Positions 48,849 through 58,870 of a stretch of 64,000 bases of DNA are shown piece by piece (the stretch's first letter is position 1; every line of letters starts with the position of its first letter). The position numbers and the translations under genes were made by a program. This DNA is from a virus. A model generated the notes under the pieces. It did no database searches. It was not told where the DNA came from and worked only from the letters and a program-made list of their open reading frames with translations. The stretch lies in IMG/VR virus record IMGVR_UViG_3300010348_000599. One strand, 5' to 3'.

Positions 48849-49868
48849 ATGTTTTCAGGTCAACGTGTCCAACCACTAAAAAATCAATTTGATGTTACGG
48901 GAAAATTTCCGTCATCTACGTTAGTTTACACAGATACTGATGGTTATATTCAATATTTGAATGTGGGTAATTCACTCCAAATTAACAATGGACAATTAGA
49001 TGTTGTCCTATCTTCGTCAATTTTTAATGATACTTTTGCTACTAATATTGGCACAGGGACAGGTTTATATTCTTTCAAAGACGGGAACACGTTAAAATTC
49101 AAATCATTAACTGGTAATCCACATTTAATTATTACACAAGATTCAGAAAATGTGTTTCTCAATGTGGTAAATGTTGCTGAATTAAATCACACACATTTAA
49201 TATCTGATATTATTAACTTACAATCCACATTAGATTCTCTATCTCCGACAACACACACACATGATGATAGATATTCACTATTATCTCATATACATGCTAA
49301 TGCGAGCTCTCTTTCACATGGATTTATGAGTATTAGTGATTTTAACAAACTTCAATTAATTGAAGACGAAGCTACAAAAAATCAGACAGATGCTTATTTA
49401 TTGGATTTAGCAAATCACACGGGAATTTTGCCAAATAATCATTTAACAGCCAACTTACAGCAACTCGGTGATATAATTTTCACAAACGATGATTATATCA
49501 AATACAACTCAGGTTCTTTAATTCGAGTAACCTTATCCGAAATAAAAATCGATTTGCAAATAGATAATATTGATAATACATCTGATAACAATAAACCAAT
49601 TTCAATAGCTACTCAAAATGCATTGGATAATAAGGAAAATACAATACCAACAGGTAACCCAGGTGAGTTTTACGCCCATAATAAAACTTGGGTTCCTGTT
49701 ACTAAGAATACAGTGGGATTAAGTAATTTAACAAATGATTTACAATTGCGAGCTGCTGATTTATCCAATGATACATCAATGACGGCAGATAGTACCACAC
49801 TGATACCAACACAACATGCTGTAAAAACATACGTTGATACACATGATTGGGATGGTGGATACTTTTAA
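48849..49868 (+). CDS. Putative tail fibre/virion decoration protein
   Basis: HTH/HIH metal-binding fibre motifs, NIDNTSD.NKPIS.ATQ.AL, VGLSN repeats, DGG.F end; late promoter. Confidence 0.7.
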   Translation: MFSGQRVQPLKNQFDVTGKFPSSTLVYTDTDGYIQYLNVGNSLQINNGQLDVVLSSSIFNDTFATNIGTGTGLYSFKDGNTLKFKSLTGNPHLIITQDSENVFLNVVNVAELNHTHLISDIINLQSTLDSLSPTTHTHDDRYSLLSHIHANASSLSHGFMSISDFNKLQLIEDEATKNQTDAYLLDLANHTGILPNNHLTANLQQLGDIIFTNDDYIKYNSGSLIRVTLSEIKIDLQIDNIDNTSDNNKPISIATQNALDNKENTIPTGNPGEFYAHNKTWVPVTKNTVGLSNLTNDLQLRAADLSNDTSMTADSTTLIPTQHAVKTYVDTHDWDGGYF

Positions 49869-49901
49869 TTACTCTAAATAAACATAAAAGGATTTGACAA
49901 A

Positions 49902-50762
49902 ATGTCTGCAGAAACTATTATTCAAATTAAACGTTCTTTCTTAAATGATGCACCTATTAGTTTATCTGAAGGTGAATTAGCTTATTCATTTAAAAATTCA
50001 AGTAAAACATTATATATAGGTGATGGTACAAACATCATTGCAATTGGCGGTCAAGCTGATCATGATAAATTAGCTGGTATTGAAAGTGGAGCCCAAGTTA
50101 ATACAGTTTTCAGTGTTGCTGGTAAAGTAGGAGCTGTTACGTTAGTTAAAGCTGATATAACAAATTTTACAGAATCTGATTATGTTCATACTGTTGGTAC
50201 AGAAACAATTGGGGGAGATAAAACATTTAGTAATAATGTTGTTATCGGTGGTGATTTAACTGTTAACGGTACTGTCACACATGTTAATAGTACTACAGTT
50301 GATATTGGTGATAATATTTTAGTATTAAACAGTCAAGTTACAGGAACACCCACAACTGATGCTGGATTGGAAATTGAGCGCGGCACATCTGATAATGCTT
50401 TCTTATTATGGAGTGAGGTTAATGGTAAATGGGGATCTAAGTTAGGAACAAACGCGTTTGTTGCTTTCTCATTGGAAGGTCATACTCACGTAGCTAGTGA
50501 CATTACTGATTTTAATAGTGCTGTTGATGCTAGAATTACTAATGCTACTTTAGATAATTTATCTGATGTAGTAATTTCTACTCCTGTTAGTGGACAAGTT
50601 TTAAAATATAATGGTACGAACTGGGTAAACATTGCATTAAATTTCACTGAACTTTCAGACGCCCCATCATCTTATACAGGAAATGCTAATCGTTTGGTTG
50701 CAGTGAATAGCGGTGAAACAGGATTAACATTTGTGACTGCTATTGATGGCGGTACTTTTTAA
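49902..50762 (+). CDS. Putative tail fibre/virion structural protein
   Basis: IQIKRS...L.EGELAY...LYIG, KLAGIE.GAQVN, GDLTVNGT, AGLEIERG, L.DV.I.....GQVL.Y.G..W.N, IDGGTF. Confidence 0.75.
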   Translation: MSAETIIQIKRSFLNDAPISLSEGELAYSFKNSSKTLYIGDGTNIIAIGGQADHDKLAGIESGAQVNTVFSVAGKVGAVTLVKADITNFTESDYVHTVGTETIGGDKTFSNNVVIGGDLTVNGTVTHVNSTTVDIGDNILVLNSQVTGTPTTDAGLEIERGTSDNAFLLWSEVNGKWGSKLGTNAFVAFSLEGHTHVASDITDFNSAVDARITNATLDNLSDVVISTPVSGQVLKYNGTNWVNIALNFTELSDAPSSYTGNANRLVAVNSGETGLTFVTAIDGGTF

Positions 50763-50771
50763 GGATTTTTT

Positions 50772-51212
50772 ATGATCGTTTTAACACATTCATCTGTTCA
50801 GCCAATATTATCCAAATCACAAAATGTTGTTATAATAGAGTATTCATTAACATCTTTGATACCTGGTGGAACAACATCAGATAATATTAGTCTACGTTTA
50901 CCAGATATAAGATTAATTGGTTTAACATATTGTCCCAAACTGGTGAGTGTGAAGACGATGTGTGAATCAACAAACTATCAAATAAATTTCGCTGAAACAT
51001 TAAGTAAGCTTCTATTGGAAGATATTGTACTGCAAGTTAGATCAATAGATAAAATTTATTACGAAACAAACATGGAAATATTTTGCAATACTCATAACGA
51101 CAACAATGAAATAATACTATCTATCAATAACAATGATGTTGTTAATATTAATAGCATGTCAATACGTTTAGTTTATGAAGTATTTCAATATACTTTAGTA
51201 CAAAACCCTTAA
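50772..51212 (+). CDS. Hypothetical protein
   Basis: 146-aa ORF with AAGGA Shine-Dalgarno. Confidence 0.6.
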   Translation: MIVLTHSSVQPILSKSQNVVIIEYSLTSLIPGGTTSDNISLRLPDIRLIGLTYCPKLVSVKTMCESTNYQINFAETLSKLLLEDIVLQVRSIDKIYYETNMEIFCNTHNDNNEIILSINNNDVVNINSMSIRLVYEVFQYTLVQNP

Positions 51213-51236
51213 ATACATAAAAAGGAAAAATTATAT

Positions 51237-51770
51237 ATGTTTGAATTACTTAACGAAATGGAAAATATTCTTACTGAATCAATCAAATACCAAGAATCAT
51301 GTGGTTTTACCATTTCAGATCAATTACCAGATCTGGTAATACATAAAATTTGTAAAAAAATTTGCAAATTACAGGAAATGGAAATTATCAACAAAGACAA
51401 ACAATCTATTGTTGAATATTTGGATATCGCATTACGTAATTATAACAATATGGTAACCACTGATAATCGTCAGCAAATAGTAGAGGCTGTTGCAAATTTC
51501 GCGATGCAGCCTGATAATTCATTAACAGATTTCAATATCACTGATCCCGATCATCGTGAGCAATTAAAAAATTACGCCGTTGAAATCATGCGTCGCAATC
51601 CAGACTGTGACCCTCATAAAGCGCTCGCTTGTGCTATGAAAGATTGTGATCCTTCGGAGTGTGATGTTGACGATGATCAATATTTCGCTCATGTTGAACT
51701 ACATTTTAATGAGGAAGATATTGAAGATGTTACTAATAGAGCTCGTGGCGGTTCATTAGAAGATTTCTAA
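51237..51770 (+). CDS. Hypothetical late protein, possible capsid-internal protein
   Basis: TAAATA at 51210; leader with LLNE/ILTE. Confidence 0.65.
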   Translation: MFELLNEMENILTESIKYQESCGFTISDQLPDLVIHKICKKICKLQEMEIINKDKQSIVEYLDIALRNYNNMVTTDNRQQIVEAVANFAMQPDNSLTDFNITDPDHREQLKNYAVEIMRRNPDCDPHKALACAMKDCDPSECDVDDDQYFAHVELHFNEEDIEDVTNRARGGSLEDF

Positions 51771-51777
51771 AATCAAC

Positions 51778-51810
51778 AAAAAGAAAAGGTCTTATGACCT
51801 TTTCTTTTTT
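51778..51810 (+). terminator. Rho-independent terminator
   Basis: AAGAAAAGGTC-TTAT-GACCTTTTCTT followed by a long pyrimidine run. Confidence 0.75.
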
Positions 51811-51881
51811 CTTTTCTTTTCTTTTCTAACCTTTCCTTTTATGTTATAATGTTTTTTATAAAATAGTAAAAGGAATTTCGT

Positions 51882-52253
51882 ATGACAAAAGTTGTAGATG
51901 TATCTTTCAGACAAATTTTCTGTACACTTCAAGTTGAAGGCTTACATAATTGGGAATCATGTGATATTGATGAAGTAATGTATCTTAAATTACCGCATCG
52001 TCATGTTTTCCATATCAAAGCAATTAAAACTGTATATCATAATGATCGTGATATTGAGTTTATAAAACTCAAACACTCAATCCAAAAACATTTTCGAGAA
52101 AAATATTTTTCTGATAAAATTGCGTGTTGTGACTTTAAAGGTATGTCTTGTGAAATGATTGCTGAAGAACTCGGAACATTATTCTCATTAGATGTTGTTG
52201 AGATTTCAGAAGATAATGAAAATGGTTGTATTTTATATTTCGAAGGAAAATGA
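51882..52253 (+). CDS. Small QueD/PTPS-like T-fold protein
   Basis: EG.H.W, HRHVFH zinc-binding-type motif, DRDIEF, SCEMIA, EDNENG. Confidence 0.65.
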   Translation: MTKVVDVSFRQIFCTLQVEGLHNWESCDIDEVMYLKLPHRHVFHIKAIKTVYHNDRDIEFIKLKHSIQKHFREKYFSDKIACCDFKGMSCEMIAEELGTLFSLDVVEISEDNENGCILYFEGK

Positions 52254-53065
52254 AAATGAATATTAATGAACCACAATTTTGTTTTATAACTCCAACAGCT
52301 TATTTGGAAGAGTTTGCATCTCAGTCTTCCAAACATTTGTGTTTAGCTCATCTTGTTGATACAGATGATGATTATGCTGCCTTTTATGCCAATTGTAGAT
52401 CTCGTGGAGACTATATTATTATGGATAATAGTGCATTTGAATTATTGGAACCTTATTCTCCATCAAAATTAATAGAGTTGGGTCATAAATGTTTTGCAAA
52501 CGCAATTGTGCTACCTGATTATCCATTTAAGGATTCAATTGAAACAATAGAGGCAGCTAAATTATGGGCACCTTACTTTAAAGATGAAGGTTTTGAAACA
52601 GTTTTTGTGCCACAAAGTAAAAAAGGTGATCTTGGTGATTGGTTTCGTGGATATGATTTCGCGTCCACAAGTGTGTTAGTTGATATTATTGGCATGTCAA
52701 TATTAGGTATTCCTAATGCATTACCACATATTCCTGCAAGTTATTCACGTGTGGTTATGACGCAATTATTGCAAGCAAATCATCGTTTTTCAAAAAAACG
52801 TCATCATTATTTAGGATTAAATGCTGGTCCTTTATTGGAAATTCCTGCATTACTTAAAATGAATGCATTATGGTCATGTGATAGTTCAAATCCTTTCTGG
52901 ATGGGATTATTAGGTCATGAATATTCACACAATACTGATAGTGGATTATGTGTTAAAAAAGTACATTTTCCAGTTCAATTTGATTACCAAAAAAAATTAG
53001 ATGATAATACAAAACGTGTTATACAACATAATATCAATTTCACTAAAGGACTATTTATCAAATGA
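52250..53065 (+). CDS. TGT-fold (DpdA/queuine tRNA-ribosyltransferase-like) protein
   Basis: IMDNSAFE, LPD, FVPQ, HYLG, SCDSS motifs mirror the D-S-G, PD, Q, H.LG and DS motifs of transglycosylases. Confidence 0.65.
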   Translation: MKMNINEPQFCFITPTAYLEEFASQSSKHLCLAHLVDTDDDYAAFYANCRSRGDYIIMDNSAFELLEPYSPSKLIELGHKCFANAIVLPDYPFKDSIETIEAAKLWAPYFKDEGFETVFVPQSKKGDLGDWFRGYDFASTSVLVDIIGMSILGIPNALPHIPASYSRVVMTQLLQANHRFSKKRHHYLGLNAGPLLEIPALLKMNALWSCDSSNPFWMGLLGHEYSHNTDSGLCVKKVHFPVQFDYQKKLDDNTKRVIQHNINFTKGLFIK

Positions 53066-53634
53066 TTTTATCCCCTAACCAAGCTATCAAAGAAGGCTGG
53101 ATTAAAATTCCAAGTAACGTTCAAGATATTGACAAATATATTCAACAAAATGGTATTGATGTACCTATCGATAAATTATTTAAACTCAACAAAAATGATT
53201 ATAGTATTCTTTCTGAAAAGCATCGAACATATAAAGGGTTGTTTGAAATCAAACCTAATGCCAAATATGCTGAAATGATTAATGATGAGTTAGTTACCAT
53301 TAATGATTGTTTTAAAGTTGATGATGATACTGTATATGATTGGTGTAGTAATTTTGAATTGGTATTACCTGAAAATGTATGCGCGTTGATTATTATTAGG
53401 TCTTCGTTAAATAGAGTTGGTGGTACTATTAATACTGGTAATTATGATAGTGGGTTCCAAGGATTGATTGGTGGAACTCTAACATCCAGAGCTGGTACAC
53501 TTTATATTCAACATTTTACACGAATTGCACAAGTAATGTTTTATGAAGCATCTTCTGCTAAAATGTATAATGGTATTTATCAAAATACATCTCAAACTCA
53601 CTGGCAAACAGTATTGGGTGGTTTAAATGAGTAA
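53062..53634 (+). CDS. dCTP deaminase / trimeric dUTPase family protein
   Basis: QQNGID, RSSLNR, YDSGFQG, RIAQ, Y.G.YQ. Confidence 0.85.
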   Translation: MILSPNQAIKEGWIKIPSNVQDIDKYIQQNGIDVPIDKLFKLNKNDYSILSEKHRTYKGLFEIKPNAKYAEMINDELVTINDCFKVDDDTVYDWCSNFELVLPENVCALIIIRSSLNRVGGTINTGNYDSGFQGLIGGTLTSRAGTLYIQHFTRIAQVMFYEASSAKMYNGIYQNTSQTHWQTVLGGLNE

Positions 53635-54262
53635 ACATTTTAAGACAACAAAGTTGCTTGGAATGGATAGCGAGACTTCGGGTCTCGCTTTCGCAGGCAA
53701 TGTGGATTTAACGAATCCAGATCCAAGTAAGGACATCAACAACAATAAACAATATATGGCAATCAGTTGGGGGTTTGTTGTTGTTGATGTCCAATCTCAA
53801 CAAATAATTGATGAATTATATGTGGAAGTTAAATTTGATGATGTAAAATATGATTGGGAATATGCCGCCGAAAAAACTCACGGTTTAACAAAAGAACATT
53901 TAAATAAACACGGATTGACCAGAGAAGATGCTGCTGTCACCATTGTTGAATTTATATTAAAACACTGGAATATAAATGAAGCGATAAGTACTATTGGTCA
54001 CAATCACGTAAGTTTTGATTTATGGTTTTTACGTGAATTATTATGTGAATTTAACATCATGTTAAAATTTGCCAATCGTCATTACGATACAAATTATTTA
54101 ACTTTGGGTATCTATGATGTGGAGGGTTCTGAAGAGTTATTCAGATTATTTAATGAAGTTCGTGATAAACATAACGCATTGGATGATATTAAACAAACAG
54201 TAAATACATTTTTTGAAACCAAACGGTTATTTGACATTATTTTAAGGAAAACAGATGATTAA
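53627..54262 (+). CDS. DEDDh 3'-5' exonuclease
   Basis: DSETSGL, HGL, GHN..FD, DT, HNALDD. Confidence 0.88.
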   Translation: MSKHFKTTKLLGMDSETSGLAFAGNVDLTNPDPSKDINNNKQYMAISWGFVVVDVQSQQIIDELYVEVKFDDVKYDWEYAAEKTHGLTKEHLNKHGLTREDAAVTIVEFILKHWNINEAISTIGHNHVSFDLWFLRELLCEFNIMLKFANRHYDTNYLTLGIYDVEGSEELFRLFNEVRDKHNALDDIKQTVNTFFETKRLFDIILRKTDD

Positions 54263-54791
54263 TCCCTTTGATCCGAATATTAATTTTGAACCACACTTGA
54301 ATGATATTCTTTTTGACACAATAAGACTTTGTCAAATTATTCAAGCATCAGGTATAAAACCATCCCACATTGTTGGTGTGTCACGTGGAGGATTAATACC
54401 ATCCGTTTTTATGTCTCATAATCTCAAGTTACCACTCATTCCCGTTTGTTTTAGTGGTTCTGAAGGTGCAGGAGATGATAAAACATATACCGAAATTGAA
54501 GTATTACCTGAGTTTGATAAAAAAGATGTTATATTAATTGTTGATGATATATGTGATACAGGTGATACATTATCAAAAATGGTTAAATACTACAAACGTC
54601 AGAAAATTGAAGTTTACACAGCTGTATTGTATTTCAAAGACAATTGGCCAACCAAGGATGCAAATGAACCGACACATGGTTATATACCAACGTTTTATAT
54701 GAATCGTATAGGACCGTTATCACAATGGGTAGTGTTTCCTTGGGAAAATCCTTCAAATCTGATACTTAATCAGATTCAGCAACAAGTATGA
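54255..54791 (+). CDS. Purine phosphoribosyltransferase (Gpt/Hpt-like)
   Basis: GVSRGGL, LIVDDICDTGDT (PRPP loop), WVVFPWE. Confidence 0.9.
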   Translation: MINPFDPNINFEPHLNDILFDTIRLCQIIQASGIKPSHIVGVSRGGLIPSVFMSHNLKLPLIPVCFSGSEGAGDDKTYTEIEVLPEFDKKDVILIVDDICDTGDTLSKMVKYYKRQKIEVYTAVLYFKDNWPTKDANEPTHGYIPTFYMNRIGPLSQWVVFPWENPSNLILNQIQQQV

Positions 54792-55147
54792 AACTTACTA
54801 TAAACAGTGCTCCATTTGTGTTTCAAACATTGTCTCATAATAAATCTTTATTAATGAGACAATGTTTAATTATAGATGATATTCGTAAACGATGCATAGA
54901 ACAAGCTAGGATATCAAGATGTAATCCCACAATGACCGCATGTAATATTATTGATCAGCAATACATGTTGCTACTAATTCTGATAAAAAATCACAATGAA
55001 TTTGAACAACAATGTGTTGAATACTGCAACAGCAATAATATAACTGAAGATGATGTGGATACTCTTAATGCAGTATTAGAACAGTTAACGGTAAGATATA
55101 ATGATATTAAACAAAACATTCTTATACAAGAGAAAGTTTTTAGTTAA
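54788..55147 (+). CDS. Hypothetical protein
   Basis: 119-aa ORF coupled by an ATGA overlap. Confidence 0.6.
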   Translation: MKLTINSAPFVFQTLSHNKSLLMRQCLIIDDIRKRCIEQARISRCNPTMTACNIIDQQYMLLLILIKNHNEFEQQCVEYCNSNNITEDDVDTLNAVLEQLTVRYNDIKQNILIQEKVFS

Positions 55148-55280
55148 ACTTACTGGTAACATGGTCAATGAAGATGGTATTCATTTATATGAAATACAAT
55201 ATCAATCAATGATACCTATATGTTGTTGGACAGCATGGGTTCAACGCCACGAATTAGCCGAAGTACATAATGACTCATAA
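55101..55280 (+). CDS. Possible small hypothetical protein (59 aa, or 39 aa from ATG 55161)
   Basis: Manual translation; fills the gap between two genes and overlaps both; below the ORF-track cutoff. Confidence 0.35.
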   Translation: MILNKTFLYKRKFLVKLTGNMVNEDGIHLYEIQYQSMIPICCWTAWVQRHELAEVHNDS

Positions 55281-55545
55281 TGTACATGATTTAAGAATTT
55301 TACTTGGTGCTGATGGTATATTTCGAACGAAAATAAGTATACACACCCAAAACAATCAAATAGTAATTTCGTACCACATACCAAAAACCGATACATACAT
55401 ATCAGAAGTTATCGATACGCATCAATTACCACAAGTATTAGAAAGAATGAATATACGAAGGTGTATTTTCAACAAAGCGTATGAAAAAAGCATTTCAACT
55501 CAACAGTCCATTTGGTTATATTCAACCAACATAAAGCCAACCTAA
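55270..55545 (+). CDS. Hypothetical protein
   Basis: 91-aa ORF in a co-oriented cluster. Confidence 0.55.
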   Translation: MTHNVHDLRILLGADGIFRTKISIHTQNNQIVISYHIPKTDTYISEVIDTHQLPQVLERMNIRRCIFNKAYEKSISTQQSIWLYSTNIKPT

Positions 55546-55618
55546 TAGTTAAAAATTGAAAGAACCGATTTTTTATTATATAATAACATTATAATTTATT
55601 TTCAAAGAGATTTTGTTT

Positions 55619-57595
55619 ATGACTATTATTGAATGCATTAATCAATTTAAAGAACAGCTTAACATTGATTCTTTTTCAGAAGATCAATGTATAGGTATGC
55701 TAAAGACAATGGATGAAGCTTATGAAAATGATCCAACATTACTCGAAAATAATGGATGGGATGATACAACATACAATTTGCTTCGACAAATGGTCCAAAT
55801 AGAATATAGTGATAATAATTACTTCCAAACAATTGGCTCATCTGTTCGTACGGGTAGTAATATACCTCTTCCATATAAGATGGGTAGTTTAAATGAGGTG
55901 TTTACACAACAAGATATTGATGATTGGGTGAAAACATATAATCTCGACAATGAAATTATAGTGATTACTCCAAAATTCGATGGAAACTCTTGTGAAACGT
56001 TATATGAACATGTTTTCCAACAATCATTCTCAAGAGGTAATGGGTTTGAAGGGGCGGATACAACACGCCACATGAAACATGTTTTATCAAAATATAATAT
56101 AAATTTACGTAACATTAGAAAACAAACAAACGATACTGGTGTTTTGGCATTAAGAGGCGAGGTTATTTGGAAAAATTCAGAATTTGATAATTTTTCTCAT
56201 TTGAATTATAAACATCCACGCAATGCTGTTGCTGGTTTCATGAATGCTGAAGTTACAGATGTTAATATTCTTCATAGTGTTTCTTATATTCCTTTTAGTA
56301 TTGATAGTTGTAGTGCCCAGTTAGATAAATTAACACAATTATCAATATTACACAATAATGGTTTTGAACCTTATGAGGTTTTTACTTGTTTGGGTAAGGA
56401 TTTGAATGTTGAATTTTTAACAAAAACCATTTTGGAATTAAGATCCAAAATGGATTATAAAATTGATGGTATTGTGATTGAAATTAATGATAATTCGATA
56501 CGTCAACGTATACAACCCAATAACACTAATCCTAACCCCGAGTATGCAATTAAATTCAAGGTTGATCAATTACCGGTAACTGCCGTTGTTGATCATATTG
56601 AGTGGAATATTTCTAAAGCTGGTTATTACAAACCTACTATCATTTATCAACCAGTTGATATTGACGGTATAACCTGTACACGAGCGACAGGTTATAATGC
56701 AAGATATATTTTAATGAATCAAATTGGACCAGGTTCTTTAATCAAAATTGTAAGACGTGGTGATGTTGTGCCAAATTGTGTGGGCATCATTAAATCAACA
56801 ACAGCACAGTTGCCTGAAAATTTACAAGATTTAGAATGGACTATAAACAGTAAAGGTGAACAAGTAGATTTATTTTCACCAATTCCTACAACAGAAAGCA
56901 AAATATTACAAATGGTATATTGCGCTGAAAAACTTCAAGTTCCTTTTTTAGGTGAGGGTAATATACGTCAACTACATAATACATTTGGTATATTAGAAAC
57001 ACATGAACTTCTAAAACTAAAAAAGGAATCTTTTATAAATTGTATTGGTTCTAATGGTGAAAAAATTTATGACGGCTTAATGGAACGTCTATCAAATGTT
57101 GATGAATGTGTTTTAGCGGCAGCATCAGGCGTGTTTGGGCGTGGTATCGGTGAACGAAAATTGAAGAATATTTTATCACAAACAAAGTGTAGTATTGACG
57201 CATTAACACCCTTTAAATTATGTGTGTTGGATGGTGTTGGTGATAAAACAATCGATGCTATTGTTAATAAACTAGATGAATATAAACAATGGTTGAAGGA
57301 AATTGAAGGATACGTAAACATTATACCGTCTGTTTCATCTGAAGTAAAAAAATTTGATGAGCTTAAAATAGTGTTTACAGGATTTAGAGATAATGATTTA
57401 CAATGGTACTTGGAAAAAAATGGTGCAACAATTCAATCAGCAGTATCGAAACACACAAATATAGTTATTACACCAGATCCTACTAGTAATAGCTCTAAAA
57501 TCAAAAAATGTCGAGAATTAATTGCAAAAGGAATTGACATTAAGATTATTAGTGTGGAAGATTTTAAACAACAATATGTATTACAGGTCAAATAG
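55619..57595 (+). CDS. ligA: NAD-dependent DNA ligase
   Basis: MGSL, KFDG, SRGNG..G.D.T, RGE, RNAVAG, DGIVI, AIKF, GDVVP, C-terminal BRCT (VFTGFR); zinc finger not apparent. Confidence 0.93.
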   Translation: MTIIECINQFKEQLNIDSFSEDQCIGMLKTMDEAYENDPTLLENNGWDDTTYNLLRQMVQIEYSDNNYFQTIGSSVRTGSNIPLPYKMGSLNEVFTQQDIDDWVKTYNLDNEIIVITPKFDGNSCETLYEHVFQQSFSRGNGFEGADTTRHMKHVLSKYNINLRNIRKQTNDTGVLALRGEVIWKNSEFDNFSHLNYKHPRNAVAGFMNAEVTDVNILHSVSYIPFSIDSCSAQLDKLTQLSILHNNGFEPYEVFTCLGKDLNVEFLTKTILELRSKMDYKIDGIVIEINDNSIRQRIQPNNTNPNPEYAIKFKVDQLPVTAVVDHIEWNISKAGYYKPTIIYQPVDIDGITCTRATGYNARYILMNQIGPGSLIKIVRRGDVVPNCVGIIKSTTAQLPENLQDLEWTINSKGEQVDLFSPIPTTESKILQMVYCAEKLQVPFLGEGNIRQLHNTFGILETHELLKLKKESFINCIGSNGEKIYDGLMERLSNVDECVLAAASGVFGRGIGERKLKNILSQTKCSIDALTPFKLCVLDGVGDKTIDAIVNKLDEYKQWLKEIEGYVNIIPSVSSEVKKFDELKIVFTGFRDNDLQWYLEKNGATIQSAVSKHTNIVITPDPTSNSSKIKKCRELIAKGIDIKIISVEDFKQQYVLQVK

Positions 57596-57597
57596 GT

Positions 57598-58122
57598 ATG
57601 ATAATAGGATTAATGGCTATGGATGGCCAAAACGGAATTGGTGTTAATAACACCATTCCGTGGAATAACAAACATGATATGTTGCATTTTAAACAAACAA
57701 CAATGAACCAAGATGTGGTTATCGGGTCGACTACATATTTGGGTCTAATACCTTTATTTAAAAATGAAGTATTACCTGGAAGACGTAAATTTGTATTATC
57801 TCGACGAGATTACATTGGAAATGAAATTGGATTTTCATTTTCAGAAATACTTCAAATGTATAAACCTATAAACAATTTATATATCATTGGTGGAAAAACC
57901 GTTTATGATACGTTTGCTGCTTATAACTTGTATGATGAATTAATTATTACTTTTATTGATGGTACTTTTAATTGTGATACCTTTCTTCCAATATCAATAA
58001 TGGATTCATGCTTTTCTCACATACAATATTTCAATGTTGATTTTAAATTAACTAGTGAGACCTATATTCCTAATGCTGTTATACGAACATATAAGAATAA
58101 CGGTGTTGTTGACCAACAATAA
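57598..58122 (+). CDS. folA: Dihydrofolate reductase
   Basis: GIG..N.IPW....D..HFK..T, LPGR...VLSR, IIGG..VY, DTF.P. Confidence 0.92.
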   Translation: MIIGLMAMDGQNGIGVNNTIPWNNKHDMLHFKQTTMNQDVVIGSTTYLGLIPLFKNEVLPGRRKFVLSRRDYIGNEIGFSFSEILQMYKPINNLYIIGGKTVYDTFAAYNLYDELIITFIDGTFNCDTFLPISIMDSCFSHIQYFNVDFKLTSETYIPNAVIRTYKNNGVVDQQ

Positions 58123-58165
58123 TAAAGTTATAATGTTTTAACATATATATAAAAGGATATTACAT

Positions 58166-58864
58166 ATGCTGAGTATATCAAAAAAATCTGATGCCGAAAT
58201 CGCTGCAGAACTTCAACAAAATAAAGAGTATTACATCAAATCTTTCTCATGTCCAAATTCAAGAGGTGGAATTTTATACCAACATTACTTGAATAATGAA
58301 GTTACTAGAAATGATGTGTATGTTGATATGATACAACAAATACGAATGGCTCAACCAGACGATGATATTTTTATTTACTTAAATAATCGTGGTGGGTTGG
58401 TTGATACAGGTATTCAAATTATTAACTCGTTTGATGAGTGCCAAGGTGTGGTACATACGGTTGTGGATGGAATAGCAGCTTCTATTGCTGCTATTATGTG
58501 GTTAGCAGGTCATCAAAGGACAGTTCTAAATCATGGATCTTTAATGTTGCATAATTTTTCAGCAGGTGTTTCTGGTAAGGGACATGAAATCATGGAAACC
58601 GTGATGGGATATAATTCTTACATTTTAGAAATGTTTAAACTATATACTACACCATTTTTAACAGATGAAGAATATGCTAAAATGATTGACGGTAAGGATT
58701 ATTGGTTTTCAGCAAATCAAATACGTGAACGTCTTGAACGTATTGAACAACAAGATATTAAGATGAATCTTATGGCAGAACGTGATATGCTTATTGAACA
58801 AATGGCTGAAGATAAGAAACGTCTCAAAGAGCTAAATTTTCAACTTGGTCATCAAACAAATTAA
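58166..58864 (+). CDS. clpP: ClpP-like serine protease
   Basis: LN..GG.V..G, G.AASIAA (Ser), MLH (His), D.WFSA (Asp). Confidence 0.85.
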   Translation: MLSISKKSDAEIAAELQQNKEYYIKSFSCPNSRGGILYQHYLNNEVTRNDVYVDMIQQIRMAQPDDDIFIYLNNRGGLVDTGIQIINSFDECQGVVHTVVDGIAASIAAIMWLAGHQRTVLNHGSLMLHNFSAGVSGKGHEIMETVMGYNSYILEMFKLYTTPFLTDEEYAKMIDGKDYWFSANQIRERLERIEQQDIKMNLMAERDMLIEQMAEDKKRLKELNFQLGHQTN

Positions 58865-58870
58865 CATCAA

